Assembly: GCA_913058265.1 (NCBI GenBank)
Contig: CAJXPQ010000007.1
Span: 113,933-177,932 of the forward strand
Direction of reading: 5' to 3'
Origin: an uncultured Oligoflexia bacterium
Lineage (GTDB): Bacteria > Bdellovibrionota > Bacteriovoracia > Bacteriovoracales > Bacteriovoracaceae
Length of the DNA: 64,000 nucleotides
The translations under genes were made by a program, and so were the position numbers. A model generated the notes under the pieces. That model did no database searches and had not been told where the DNA came from. It worked only from the letters and a program-made list of their open reading frames with translations. The number at the start of each line of letters is the position of its first letter. Position 1 is the stretch's first letter. This document shows positions 10,002 to 20,437 of the stretch, piece by piece.

Positions 10002-10775
10002 TTAGTCTACGTTTCGAGCTAAACAATAAGCTATTATCTTCATATTTACAGCTGCTGTTAATATTTCTAAATCCTCTGGTACAAGATAATTAAACTCTAA
10101 TACTTCTGTCGGACAATAGGCATATTTGGGAATGACACGATACATTTTTTTGATTTTAGTATTGATAATACTATTTGCAACAATTTCAACTTGATCGTAA
10201 TTCAGTCTTCCCTTCTTATATTCACTTACTGCGATATCGTAAGGAGTAAAGAATGACGTTACCCCTGCAGGCACTTCTCTATTAACAACATTATGAATAT
10301 AAATTTCTTCAACTCTGTCTGGATGTTTTTCGGAGATCTTTAGATACACTTCTTGATCAGCTTCTACATCGTCACCAATCAAAATTAACTTATCACTTCC
10401 TTTTGCGAGTACACTTTCGATTCGATTCATCTTGTAAGCTATTTTCTCTTCCGTAGCTAGAATATTTCTTGTAAAGATATCATCGTAGGAGATTTGATAT
10501 TTTTTTAGTAAAGCTTTAATAAAAGGCTTTATCACCTTAGGTGATGCAGATAAAACGTACAGGCCATTAATCTCGGACTCTAAACCATTGAGTAGTTCAG
10601 GCATTCCAGTATAAGACTTTCTCCATAAGATTGTGTTAGCAACTCCTCTAGGCCATATATTTGGTATATTTGACCTTTTAATAGTGTCATCAAAATCACT
10701 AATCACAGATACGCTTGACGCAGAGATATTCAGTGAAATAAAAACAGCAAAAAGAAGTGTTGATAAGATTCTCAT
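10002..10775 (-). CDS. Secreted HAD-like phosphatase, App1/DUF2183-like
   Basis: A signal peptide is followed by the DxDxT motif ISDFDDTIK and a later GDDVEADQEVY motif, as in App1-type phosphatidate phosphatases. Confidence 0.5.
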   Translation of the reverse strand: MRILSTLLFAVFISLNISASSVSVISDFDDTIKRSNIPNIWPRGVANTILWRKSYTGMPELLNGLESEINGLYVLSASPKVIKPFIKALLKKYQISYDDIFTRNILATEEKIAYKMNRIESVLAKGSDKLILIGDDVEADQEVYLKISEKHPDRVEEIYIHNVVNREVPAGVTSFFTPYDIAVSEYKKGRLNYDQVEIVANSIINTKIKKMYRVIPKYAYCPTEVLEFNYLVPEDLEILTAAVNMKIIAYCLARNVD

Positions 10776-10884
10776 AGTATTTTCCTTATTAATTTCTCAG
10801 CATGCTACACTAAATCAGCCACACATTGCACTGCACTGAACGTTTTACATAATATTTCATATTTAATAGCTTAAACCACTGATA

Positions 10885-11823
10885 TTAAATAGATTTATTC
10901 CAGATATACTGACCTAATTCTCTACGAAATTCATTTAAACGCTCTTTATGAAACCAAGACTTCTTCGTAGAGTTTGTTAAAATGATATGCCCAAGACCGC
11001 TACCTGGATCAATCCAAAAGGATGTTCCAGTAAAGCCAAGGTGGCCAAAGGTTTTCGTTGAACAACCTGCACCTGCTAATGTATTTATTGGATCCTCGAC
11101 AGTATCAAATCCATTAAAGAATCTTTGAGTCGTTTCAATATTCATTTTTTTCAGCAGGTCGTGCTTCTTCTGAAAATTTAAGAGTGTATTGCCCACAGAT
11201 TCGATGGTTCCAAACAATCCTGCATGTGAAGTGTAGCAATTTAAATTATAGGCATTAGGGTCATGGACTTTACCGATATTTGGCTTAAGGCGATAGAAGC
11301 CATTTTGGATACAAGTTTCACTACCGTTTAAATCTGTCCAAAATTTTAAATTTTCATCTAAGTTTTTAGAAACTAGAGATTTATAAGACTCACCAGTTTT
11401 CTTTTCAACTTCAAGCATAAATCTTAAGGCCGAAAAATCAGAGTATAATGTTGCTGAATCTTTTATATTATAGCTTAGGATTTGTTCTTTCCATCCATGC
11501 TTAGGAAGAAGTCCCCAAGCAGGTATACCGGCGCGATGATTTAGAAGTAAATCTAAATCCTTATCATCAAATTTTTCATTTAAATAAACCAATGAATTCA
11601 TAAGTGGCTTAGTAAGACTAGCAAGATCAAAGTAAACCATAGATTTCTCTTCTAAGCATTGGTCTTTATAAATTTCTATAAAGGTATGCTTGTCACTTTT
11701 GAAGTCTAATACTCCAATCGCAACTGCGTCTATATCTATACCAGATTCCTTATAATAATTTCTCGTCAGTTCTTTAATCTTATCCATGCTTGATTGCTGA
11801 TTGAGCCGCTGCAAGTCTTGCAA
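10885..11823 (-). CDS. Serine hydrolase, beta-lactamase / PBP-like family
   Basis: It carries the SxxK motif ASLTKP and the C-terminal motif GHLGFTGTSFWIDP. An alternative ATG at 11787 (MDKIKEL) would cut the overlap with ppdK from 44 nt to 8 nt. Confidence 0.7.
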   Translation of the reverse strand: MQDLQRLNQQSSMDKIKELTRNYYKESGIDIDAVAIGVLDFKSDKHTFIEIYKDQCLEEKSMVYFDLASLTKPLMNSLVYLNEKFDDKDLDLLLNHRAGIPAWGLLPKHGWKEQILSYNIKDSATLYSDFSALRFMLEVEKKTGESYKSLVSKNLDENLKFWTDLNGSETCIQNGFYRLKPNIGKVHDPNAYNLNCYTSHAGLFGTIESVGNTLLNFQKKHDLLKKMNIETTQRFFNGFDTVEDPINTLAGAGCSTKTFGHLGFTGTSFWIDPGSGLGHIILTNSTKKSWFHKERLNEFRRELGQYIWNKSI

Positions 11824-14446
11824 TAGGTACTCTAAAAGGTGAACAACTCACATAATCAAGTCCTACTCGATGACAGAAATCTATTGAAGCTGGCTCGCCG
11901 CCATGTTCTCCACAAATTCCACAGTGCAGATCTGGCTTTGACTTTTTGCCCTCGCGAACAGCATGTTCAACTAGGAAACCTACACCTTCTTGATCAAGGC
12001 TTACAAAGGGATCAATGGGATAGATTCCTTGGGCCTCATAGCTTGGAAGAAACTTTCCAGAATCATCCCGTGATAGGCCATATGTTGTTTGAGTTAAATC
12101 ATTAGTTCCAAAAGAAAAGAAATCCGCAGAATGCGCTATTTTTCCAGCTGTAATACAGGCCCTAGGTAATTCAAGCATGGTTCCAATTTTAAATTTGATT
12201 TCTGATTTTTGCTCAGAAAAAACCTTTTGTATCTCATCCCTTGCCTGCTCTACTAGTATCTCTAACTCTTTTTGATCACTTATCAGAGGAACCATTATTT
12301 CAGGTAGAACATTTATACCTTCTGACTTAACTTTCAAGGCAGCCTCAATAATCGCTCTAACTTGCATGCGATAAATTTCAGGATAAGTAACCCCTAGCCT
12401 ACAACCTCTATGACCAAGCATAGGATTAAACTCATGTAGGCTATCTTGCCTTTGATTTATAACTTTTGGATCTACTCCAATAACATCCGCCAATTCCTTT
12501 ATTTCAGATTCCTTATGTGGAAGAAATTCATGTAGAGGGGGGTCAAGCAGTCGAATATTTACTGGTAAGTTATTCATGACTTTAAAAATGCTTTCAAAGT
12601 CCTCACGCTGGAAAGGAAGAAGTTTATCTAGAGCCACTCTCCTTTCGTCTCGAGAGAGGGCAAAAATCATTTCTCTAACCGCAAGAATTCTCTCTGGAGC
12701 AAAGAACATATGTTCAGTCCGACAAAGACCGATACCTTCTGCGCCAAAATCTATAGCAATTTTTGTATCGTGAGGATTATCAGCATTAGTTCGAATTTTC
12801 ATTGTTCTAAACTTGTCTGCCCATTTCATAAAAACTTCAAAATTTTCAGAAATGACGGCATCAATAGTGGGAACAATCCCTTCATAAACCTCACCAGAAC
12901 TTCCATCAAAGGTAATATAATCCCCATCTTTAAATTCTTTTCCAGCAATCCTTAATGTTTTATCTTTTTCATTTATTTGAAGTGCTGTACAACCTGCAAC
13001 ACAGGGTTTCCCCATACCTCTAGCAACAACAGCAGCATGACTAGTCATACCACCTCTAGCTGTTAAAATGCCTTCGGCAACGTTCATTCCGCCGATATCC
13101 TCAGGAGAAGTCTCTTGTCTTACTAGGATTACTTTTTCACCGTGATCACATAATTCTTGTGCGACTTCAGAGTCAAAAACGATTTTACCACTGGCAGCTC
13201 CTGGTGAAGCTGGAAGTCCAACTGCAAGGAGTATCTTGTCTGCATCAGGGTCAAGTCTTGGGTGAAGTAAACGATCTAATTCATCCGGCGCAATTTTCAT
13301 AACTGCTTCTTTCTCAGTTAATGTTCCTTCTTCAACTAAATCTACCGCAATCTTTAAAGCAGCATTAATTGTTCTTTTACCATTTCTCGTTTGCAGTATA
13401 AAGAGCTTACCTTCTTCAATAGTAAATTCGATATCCTGCATATCTTTATAGTGTAGTTCTAGTTTTTGATAAATATCTACGAGTTCATCGTAAACAGTTC
13501 CGGAAACTTCTTTTAAAGTCTTTAAAACCTTGTTTGAATCATTCTTACTTGCATCATTGATTGGAGCAGGAGTTCTTATTCCGGCAACAACATCTTCTCC
13601 CTGAGCATTCATTAAATATTCGCCGAAGAAAATCTTTTCACCAGTTGATGGGTTTCTTGTAAAGCAAACACCTGTACCTGATGTTTCTCCAGTATTTCCA
13701 AATACCATCGACTGGACATTGACTGCCGTCCCCCACTTATCAGAGTAATTATTCATTTGACGATATTTTTTTGCTCTCGGATTATTCCATGATTCAAATA
13801 CAGCACCTACTGAAGCCCATAATTGCTTCATAGGGTCTTGCGGAAAGGTTTTCCCAAATTCTTCTGCCAGAACTTGCTTATACACATCCACTAACTCTTC
13901 TAAATCTTCTGCATCAAGCTCAGTGTCTTCTTTATACTCTCTCGCCTCTTTTAAATCTTCTAACTGAGATTCAAGTATCGAGGTATTAACGTTCATAACC
14001 ACATTGGCAAACATTTGAATAAATCTTCGATATGAATCCCAAGCAAACCGTGCATTTCCAGTTTTCTTTGCTAAGGCCACAACAGTCTCATCATTCATAC
14101 CTAGATTAAGAACCGTGTCCATCATTCCAGGCATTGAGATTCTCGCCCCCGACCTAACAGAGAAAAGTAACGGGTTATTCTTATCACCAAATTTCTTGCC
14201 CGTATCAGTTTCAACTCGACTTAAGGCATTCAAGATTTGTGTCTTAATCTCCTCAGAAAGTTTTTGGTCATGCTGATAAAAATCAAGACAGGCTTCAGTA
14301 GAAACAGTGAAGCCACCAGGAACAGGAAGCTTTAACTCACACATCTCTGCGAGGTTTGCCCCCTTACCACCGAGTAGGTTTTTCATTGTGCGATCACCTT
14401 CATTTAACGATGATCCAAAACTATAAATCCATTTGTGCTCAGTCAT
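11780..14446 (-). CDS. ppdK: Pyruvate, phosphate dikinase
   Basis: This 888-aa protein has the phosphohistidine loop GGMTSHAAVVARGMG and the PEP/pyruvate domain motif FFSFGTNDLTQ, with a typical N-terminal nucleotide-binding domain. Confidence 0.95.
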   Translation of the reverse strand: MTEHKWIYSFGSSLNEGDRTMKNLLGGKGANLAEMCELKLPVPGGFTVSTEACLDFYQHDQKLSEEIKTQILNALSRVETDTGKKFGDKNNPLLFSVRSGARISMPGMMDTVLNLGMNDETVVALAKKTGNARFAWDSYRRFIQMFANVVMNVNTSILESQLEDLKEAREYKEDTELDAEDLEELVDVYKQVLAEEFGKTFPQDPMKQLWASVGAVFESWNNPRAKKYRQMNNYSDKWGTAVNVQSMVFGNTGETSGTGVCFTRNPSTGEKIFFGEYLMNAQGEDVVAGIRTPAPINDASKNDSNKVLKTLKEVSGTVYDELVDIYQKLELHYKDMQDIEFTIEEGKLFILQTRNGKRTINAALKIAVDLVEEGTLTEKEAVMKIAPDELDRLLHPRLDPDADKILLAVGLPASPGAASGKIVFDSEVAQELCDHGEKVILVRQETSPEDIGGMNVAEGILTARGGMTSHAAVVARGMGKPCVAGCTALQINEKDKTLRIAGKEFKDGDYITFDGSSGEVYEGIVPTIDAVISENFEVFMKWADKFRTMKIRTNADNPHDTKIAIDFGAEGIGLCRTEHMFFAPERILAVREMIFALSRDERRVALDKLLPFQREDFESIFKVMNNLPVNIRLLDPPLHEFLPHKESEIKELADVIGVDPKVINQRQDSLHEFNPMLGHRGCRLGVTYPEIYRMQVRAIIEAALKVKSEGINVLPEIMVPLISDQKELEILVEQARDEIQKVFSEQKSEIKFKIGTMLELPRACITAGKIAHSADFFSFGTNDLTQTTYGLSRDDSGKFLPSYEAQGIYPIDPFVSLDQEGVGFLVEHAVREGKKSKPDLHCGICGEHGGEPASIDFCHRVGLDYVSCSPFRVPIARLAAAQSAIKHG

Positions 14447-14475
14447 ATACCATTCCTCTTCAAGTTAATGAAAAA

Positions 14476-15795
14476 TTAGAATCCAAATTTATTTAAAATA
14501 TAACTATCTATATCTGCTATCTTCACTCTATCTTGTGCCATTGAATCTCGATCTCTAATAGTTACGGCTTCGTCCTCAAGAGTATCGTAATCAATAGTAA
14601 TACAAAGTGGCGTCCCTATTTCATCTTGTCTTCTATAACGTTTTCCGATATTTCCAGCAAGATCATATTCACATTTATATTTTTTCTGTAGCGCCTCATA
14701 AATAGGTCTCGCCTTTTCAGTTAAAGGCTCTTTCTTCATTAAAGGTAGAACCGCGACTTTGATTGGCGCCATTGCTGGTTTAAACCCAAGAACAACTCTT
14801 TCATCCTTTTCTCCTGGATTTTCAACTCTAAACGCATCACAAAGTAGTGCTAAGATATGACGATCACAACCAACACTTGTTTCTAGGACATAAGGAAGGT
14901 ATTTCTTATTTCCATCGGCTTGATCTACATAGTTTAAATTTTTACCTGAATGCTCAGCATGTCTTCCTAAGTCGAAATCTGTACGTGAGTGAACACCTTC
15001 CATTTCATCCCAACCAATAGGAAATTCATATTCAATATCAAAAGCGGCATCTGCATAATGTGCCAGTTCAGTTCCATGATCATGAAAGCGGAGTTTTGCA
15101 GGGTCTAGACCCTGATCAATATGCCATTGCATACGAATCTCTTTCCATTTCTCCATCGCCTCCATTTGTGTACCTGGCTTAACAAAGTATTGCATTTCCA
15201 TTTGTTCAAACTCTCTTGTTCTAAAAATAAAGTTACCTGGAGTAATTTCATTTCTAAAAGCTTTACCAATTTGAGCAATTCCAAATGGAAGTTTTCTTCT
15301 CATTGTGCTTTGTACATTTAAAAAATTTGTAAAAATACCTTGTGCCGTCTCAGGTCGTAAGTAAACAACAGAGCCTGAATCTTTAACCGGCCCCATAGTC
15401 GTCTCAAACATTAAATTGAAATCTCTTGGTTCAGTAAAAGAATCTTTTGCCTTACAATTTGGACAATCTGCTGCCAAATCAATTTTATCAGCTCTAAATC
15501 TTGCGTTACATTCCTTACAGTCAACTAAAGGGTCAGAAAAACCATCAACATGTCCTGATGCTTTCCAAACTTGAGGATGCATAAGAATTGATGCATCAAC
15601 TCCGTCTACATCATCTCTATAGGTCATGGCCTTCCACCACGAGTCTTTAACATTTCTCTTTAGCTCAACACCAAGTGGGCCATAGTCCCAACAAGAACCA
15701 AGACCACCATAGATCTCAGAACTTTGAAAAATAAATCCTCTTCTCTTTGAGAGACTTACGATTTCTTGCATGTCTTCTAATTTTTTAACTTTCAT
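14476..15795 (-). CDS. glyQS: Glycine--tRNA ligase (homodimeric class II type)
   Basis: [25 protein letters not shown] matches the alpha2-type GlyRS N-terminus. Class II core motifs and a C-terminal anticodon-binding domain are present. Confidence 0.95.
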   Translation of the reverse strand: MKVKKLEDMQEIVSLSKRRGFIFQSSEIYGGLGSCWDYGPLGVELKRNVKDSWWKAMTYRDDVDGVDASILMHPQVWKASGHVDGFSDPLVDCKECNARFRADKIDLAADCPNCKAKDSFTEPRDFNLMFETTMGPVKDSGSVVYLRPETAQGIFTNFLNVQSTMRRKLPFGIAQIGKAFRNEITPGNFIFRTREFEQMEMQYFVKPGTQMEAMEKWKEIRMQWHIDQGLDPAKLRFHDHGTELAHYADAAFDIEYEFPIGWDEMEGVHSRTDFDLGRHAEHSGKNLNYVDQADGNKKYLPYVLETSVGCDRHILALLCDAFRVENPGEKDERVVLGFKPAMAPIKVAVLPLMKKEPLTEKARPIYEALQKKYKCEYDLAGNIGKRYRRQDEIGTPLCITIDYDTLEDEAVTIRDRDSMAQDRVKIADIDSYILNKFGF

Positions 15796-15816
15796 TTATG
15801 TCTCCAAATATTATTT

Positions 15817-16566
15817 TTAATCTAAATTATTAAATCCGCGGTATAGATCACTTATTTCAGAAGAAGATAGTGTTCGATTCCAAATTCCGAAGCTATCAAG
15901 ATTTCCATCTAATGGTGAGGCCCACCCGACAGTAGTACATAGAGTAAAAGTCGAATCATTTAAGTTACTACCTGTTGTATTAAATACAGTACTTCCTTGT
16001 TGTGAACCATTAACGAACGCTGTAACCCCTGTGTTTCTGTCTAAATTGAATACAACATGTTGCCATGATCCGGAACCTATAGTGGCTACATGAGTATTAC
16101 CATTAACCCAGAATGTAATACCTGATGATCCATCCAATGTAATATTAAATCCGCTTGAAAAGTCCGCAATATGGCTGCCACCAATATCCGAGGTAACATA
16201 AATCCAAAAACCAATCGCGAAGTTATTACCGGGAGCTGTACCAAAATTCATATTATTTGATGAATTCAGTGAAAAGCGGTTACTACCACTTAGATTACAA
16301 TCTATGGCATTTCCATTGATCCCTCCAGTCGAATTTATCGAGCCTTGATTATAAATAAGGTTATTGCTTCCTTGAATATCACTTCGATCTTGAGTTGATC
16401 CGCTTTCATCAAAGCGCCAAAAAGAAACGAGACCGTTCCATAATTCTTCATTATATTGACCGGCACCAAACCTATCATCCAAATCGGTTTCTCCATCTGT
16501 AATTGCTTTCAGTGCATTACATGAGACGAGTGTTGATAGTAAAAAAAGTAATCCTAACTTTTTCAT
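15817..16566 (-). CDS. LamG/concanavalin-like domain lipoprotein
   Basis: It has a lipobox (LVSC) and the WRFDESGS...D.SGSNN pattern typical of LamG-fold proteins. Its ATG overlaps the upstream ABC exporter stop as ATGA. Confidence 0.55.
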   Translation of the reverse strand: MKKLGLLFLLSTLVSCNALKAITDGETDLDDRFGAGQYNEELWNGLVSFWRFDESGSTQDRSDIQGSNNLIYNQGSINSTGGINGNAIDCNLSGSNRFSLNSSNNMNFGTAPGNNFAIGFWIYVTSDIGGSHIADFSSGFNITLDGSSGITFWVNGNTHVATIGSGSWQHVVFNLDRNTGVTAFVNGSQQGSTVFNTTGSNLNDSTFTLCTTVGWASPLDGNLDSFGIWNRTLSSSEISDLYRGFNNLD

Positions 16567-18281
16567 TGGCTCTCCATTTGAGTTAACTCATATAGTTTTT
16601 TATATTCATTCTTATTTGCAATAAGTTCTGCATGTTTTCCAGATTCAATCATGACTCCATCCTTCATCACAATAATTCGATCATAGTTTTGGATGGTTGA
16701 AAGTCTATGGGCGACAGCAATAACTGTTTTATGACTTGCCACTTGATCTAAGGCTTTCTGAACAACTTTCTCTGACTCATTATCAAGAGCACTGGTTGCT
16801 TCATCAAAAAGTAGTACCGGACAGTTTCTTAAGAAGGCCCTAGCAATAGTTAATCTTTGGCTTTGACCACCAGATAGTCTCGTTCCCCTATCACCGATAT
16901 GAGTGTTAAGTCCCTCTGGTAAATTTTGAATAAATTCATCTGCATAACTCACTTCAAGAGCATGCTTAATCTGTTCATCACTATATTCAAATCCAGCTTT
17001 TAAGTTCTCTTTTACCGTATCATTAAATAAAAATATATCTTGGGATACGAGAGCAAAAACATTTCGAATAGATTCAAGCTCATAGTCTTTAATATTGATG
17101 CCATCAATCAGGATTTCACCCTGTTCAATATCGTATAATCTAAGAAGTAGTGAAATTAAGGTCGACTTACCAGAGCCAGAAAGACCAACCAGTGCAACCT
17201 TATCGCCTTTCGAAATCTTTAAACTAAAATTCTTAATGACATCACTATTTCCGTAGGAGAAGGTTACGTCCAGAAACTCTATAGAGTCTTTAAACTCAGT
17301 AAACTTTGTTTTTCCAAGATTCACTTCTTCAGGCTCATCTAAAAGATGAAATATTCTATCTGCTGCGGCCCTTGCTTGGTTAAGTTTTGTATTCGCTTTT
17401 GAAAAACGTCTCACTGGATCCATAAACATAGCAAGTGCTGTAACAAATGAAATAAACTCTCCAGATGTTAAGCCTCCATCTCTTTGTCTATACCAAGCCA
17501 TGACAATAACTGTTGCAAAAGCAAATGCTCCAACAGTTTCAACCAGTGGATGTGAGTGCTCCTCTGCGGAGTTACTTTTCTTTTTATGTTTTAAGAACAA
17601 ATTTTGAGCGACTTCAAATCTCTTCGTCATATAATCTTGAAGATTAAAGGCTTTAATAATTTTTTGTCCTACTAACCCTTCTGCTGCATGATGAGTCATG
17701 TCTGCAGTATCTGCTTGTGATCTTGCAATATACCTTCTAATTCTTTTTCCTGTAACGCTAAAGATTACCAAGAAAAATGGAAGTACTATAAAGATAACAA
17801 GAGTTAATTTCCAATCGTGATAAAGAGCTACTGATAAAAGTAAGGCTGCCGTAATAGGTTCTCTGATAATATCTAGACCATGCATAAAAGCTTCTGCAAA
17901 AATTGCAGTGTCATTAATCATTACTGATAATAAATTTCCTTGTTTGGCTTTTGAATAATATGTTGCTGAGAGATTTTGAAATTTTTTATAAATAGCTTTT
18001 CTAATATCGCAAGTGGCCCTATCCACAACCATCCTCATTCCAAAGAAATGAATAAACCTAAAAGGGTAATTAACTAGCGCCAAACCAATTAAAATTCCTG
18101 CCAATTGAAATGCGTATTGTTCTGTTGAAGTAGGATCAAAGATCCCATCTATAACATTTTTTATAAAGTAGGCCTGATAAGCTTTTATCGCCGCAAGTGG
18201 TAGCGCACAGACAGTCGCTAAAATTGCTAATTTCATATAGGGCCGTATAAATGGAAGCATTTGCTTGATCAGTTGAAACAT
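16563..18281 (-). CDS. ABC exporter, fused permease/ATPase (MsbA-like)
   Basis: A six-TM exporter domain is fused to an NBD with Walker A GLSGSGKST, signature LSGGQSQR and Walker B LLFDEATSALD. Confidence 0.85.
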   Translation of the reverse strand: MFQLIKQMLPFIRPYMKLAILATVCALPLAAIKAYQAYFIKNVIDGIFDPTSTEQYAFQLAGILIGLALVNYPFRFIHFFGMRMVVDRATCDIRKAIYKKFQNLSATYYSKAKQGNLLSVMINDTAIFAEAFMHGLDIIREPITAALLLSVALYHDWKLTLVIFIVLPFFLVIFSVTGKRIRRYIARSQADTADMTHHAAEGLVGQKIIKAFNLQDYMTKRFEVAQNLFLKHKKKSNSAEEHSHPLVETVGAFAFATVIVMAWYRQRDGGLTSGEFISFVTALAMFMDPVRRFSKANTKLNQARAAADRIFHLLDEPEEVNLGKTKFTEFKDSIEFLDVTFSYGNSDVIKNFSLKISKGDKVALVGLSGSGKSTLISLLLRLYDIEQGEILIDGINIKDYELESIRNVFALVSQDIFLFNDTVKENLKAGFEYSDEQIKHALEVSYADEFIQNLPEGLNTHIGDRGTRLSGGQSQRLTIARAFLRNCPVLLFDEATSALDNESEKVVQKALDQVASHKTVIAVAHRLSTIQNYDRIIVMKDGVMIESGKHAELIANKNEYKKLYELTQMESQ

Positions 18282-18313
18282 TGAACAATTTTAGCGTTTT
18301 ATAGAGGTAATGC

Positions 18314-18340
18314 AAAGGAATTCAGAGAGGAAATTCCTTT
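18314..18340. promoter_or_regulatory. 9-bp perfect inverted repeat in the divergent ABC-exporter/gmhB control region
   Basis: AAAGGAATT (18314-18322), a 9-nt loop, then AATTCCTTT (18332-18340). A TTGACT hexamer at 18354-18359 lies 17 nt upstream of TTTAAT. Confidence 0.3.
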
Positions 18341-18413
18341 AAAAGCACACCTATTGACTCGTAGTGCCAGTTATTATTTAATAAAGTTAATTTTTAAAAA
18401 TATAAAGGTAACT

Positions 18414-18890
18414 ATGAGCTCTAAAGCAATTTTCTTTGATCGAGATGACACTCTTATCCATGATTCAAATTACATGTATAAAATTGAGCAACTGAACTTC
18501 ATTGATGGTGTTTTCAAGACTTTAAAGGAATTACAAGACAGGAACTATCTCCTATTTATTGTCACAAACCAATCTGGAATTGGACGTGGCTATTTTGAAG
18601 AGAAAGATATGCATAATTTTAATAATCATATGCTAGGGAAACTTCTTGAGCAGGGAATTAAAATAACTGATATCGCTTTTTGCCCACATGCTCCGGAAGA
18701 TAATTGTGAGTGTAGAAAGCCTAGTCCTAAAATGCTGAATGACCTTTGTAAAAAATATGACATAGACAAGTCTCAGAGTTATATGGTCGGAGATAAAAAC
18801 TCCGATATCAAGTCTGGTGAGAAGGCCGGTTTAAAAACGTTCAAAGTTTTAGGTGAAAAATCAATTAGAGAAATACTCAATCAGCTTTAA
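18414..18890 (+). CDS. gmhB: D-glycero-beta-D-manno-heptose-1,7-bisphosphate 7-phosphatase (HAD-IIIA)
   Basis: HAD-IIIA motifs FFDRDDTLI, VTNQSGIGRGYF and GDKNSD are present, along with the Zn-loop CPHAPEDNCECRKP. I prefer the ATG at 18414 over the TTG at 18354. Confidence 0.8.
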   Translation: MSSKAIFFDRDDTLIHDSNYMYKIEQLNFIDGVFKTLKELQDRNYLLFIVTNQSGIGRGYFEEKDMHNFNNHMLGKLLEQGIKITDIAFCPHAPEDNCECRKPSPKMLNDLCKKYDIDKSQSYMVGDKNSDIKSGEKAGLKTFKVLGEKSIREILNQL

Positions 18891-19323
18891 CAAAAATTGA
18901 TTCATTTATTTCTATATCATCGCTGCCGATTACTGACTCAAACTCTTGAGGACAGTTTTCTATTATGAACTTCACTATGTGCCTTGCAAACCAAAATTCT
19001 ATTTTCTCATCTTCATTCCAGCCAATTTTTTTTATCTCTTTTCCAATTTGATAAGCCTCATTAGGACTCCAAGTACACTGAATCAATTCCTCAAGCTCAA
19101 CTTCATCAATACGATTCTGATCCGAGAAAAGTTTAACAGAATCTACGATATTAAAAGTTAGCATAGAACTTTCTCCATTCCCTCCACCAAGAATCCATCG
19201 CCCCTTCCTTACCTCGATGTCAGATAGAATAACATCCTCAAGAACTTCATAAACAAAATAAAGCTTACCTGAAAGGTTACATTGTGCTCTGGGAATATGC
19301 TTTGTTGAGTCTATCTCTGACAT
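18877..19323 (-). CDS. Acidic cytoplasmic protein, hypothetical (immunity-protein candidate)
   Basis: This 148-aa protein has no signal peptide. By my count it has about 29 D/E versus 15 K/R. Its ATG shares a base with the upstream TAA (TAATG), and its 3' end overlaps convergent gmhB by 14 nt. Confidence 0.55.
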   Translation of the reverse strand: MSEIDSTKHIPRAQCNLSGKLYFVYEVLEDVILSDIEVRKGRWILGGGNGESSMLTFNIVDSVKLFSDQNRIDEVELEELIQCTWSPNEAYQIGKEIKKIGWNEDEKIEFWFARHIVKFIIENCPQEFESVIGSDDIEINESIFVKAD

Positions 19324-19751
19324 TATTTATTTTTAATTATTCGATTATATTGTGGCTTCGTTATGATACCCTCTTTTAGCATCTGTCTCAAGACACTCGT
19401 TGGGACTTTCTCCTTAACAACATCAACTGCTACATAGGAATGCCAACCGCCTTGCCCATCTGGCTGGAAAACAACAACTTTATCATCTTCAAAGTTATAT
19501 CTCTGTTTTTTATTCTTTCCAATATAAGATGAGTCTAACAATTCTTGTCCTCTATTTTGATTTTCTATAGGATTCTTACTTCCCCAACCGCCTTGTTCAT
19601 GCTTTCTAGAAGGTGAGTATGAGCCAATATTTCCCTGGGCTTCCATTCTCGATAAGCGTATCTCTGCTTGTTCAGGTGAAATACAGTTTTTTGCATGAAT
19701 CTCTCCAACGAATAAAAGTATGAAAAGTATAAAGCTATTTACAATGTACAT
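19323..19751 (-). CDS. Small Sec-exported basic protein, hypothetical (toxin/enzyme candidate)
   Basis: The signal peptide is MYIVNSFILFILLFVGEIHA. The mature part is ~120 aa and net basic, with two GGW motifs (HEQGGWGS and PDGQGGWHSY). It overlaps the upstream ORF by 13 nt. Confidence 0.55.
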   Translation of the reverse strand: MYIVNSFILFILLFVGEIHAKNCISPEQAEIRLSRMEAQGNIGSYSPSRKHEQGGWGSKNPIENQNRGQELLDSSYIGKNKKQRYNFEDDKVVVFQPDGQGGWHSYVAVDVVKEKVPTSVLRQMLKEGIITKPQYNRIIKNK

Positions 19752-20431
19752 ACTAGCCCTAACGTTTTTCTGACTTGATCACTCTTACCTCTTCGAATCA
19801 GATTTAATATCGAGTTCAAACCATTTTGAGAGAATTTACTAATCATTGAAATTGGTAAGTATGCATATGAAGCCAACCTCCCCAGTAAACCTAGTTTACT
19901 AACAATGGCCGCTACCGTTTGAGCTACTTTTCCAGCTCCTGCTCCGCCTGTAAGTACCGCAATTAAAACTGCCATCCCTACGCCCCCAATGATCGTGCAA
20001 ATTAGTTCAGATAATGCTTCCGCTGGTAATGCACTCAACAGATCTGATATCTCAGAAATTTTAGTGGTTATATTAGAGAAAAACTTAACTGTATTATCAA
20101 AACCTTCTTTTGCCTTCATTGCACATTCAATAGGTGACCATAAGCACTTGCCAACACTTGTAATAGCTCCACCAGAACTGGCCCAAGCACCTTTAAAAAT
20201 GCCTTTAACACATCCCCATGCTCCTCGCATTAATCCAGTAAGTGCAATAGTTGAAGTTCCCACAGGTTTAGGCGGAAGATTAATACTTCTCTCACAGCTA
20301 ACGTCTCCACTTATAACAGAAGTTCCCACTTCGAAATTAGCATTGCTGGCGTTTAACTTTGAACTCGGCAGTGTTAAGAACAGTAGATTAAAAGTTAAAA
20401 ATAATGATAAGAATCTGGCAATATTACTCAC
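19739..20431 (-). CDS. Sec-exported Gly/Ala-rich protein with a long hydrophobic segment, hypothetical
   Basis: It has a GTG start and a signal-peptide-like N-terminus, with Cys-containing Gly-rich repeats (GAWGCVKGIFKGAWASSGG). A ~40-aa uncharged stretch reads LICTIIGGVGMAVLIAVLTGGAGAGKVAQTVAAIV. Confidence 0.5.
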   Translation of the reverse strand: MSNIARFLSLFLTFNLLFLTLPSSKLNASNANFEVGTSVISGDVSCERSINLPPKPVGTSTIALTGLMRGAWGCVKGIFKGAWASSGGAITSVGKCLWSPIECAMKAKEGFDNTVKFFSNITTKISEISDLLSALPAEALSELICTIIGGVGMAVLIAVLTGGAGAGKVAQTVAAIVSKLGLLGRLASYAYLPISMISKFSQNGLNSILNLIRRGKSDQVRKTLGLVCTL

Positions 20432-20437
20432 CTATAT

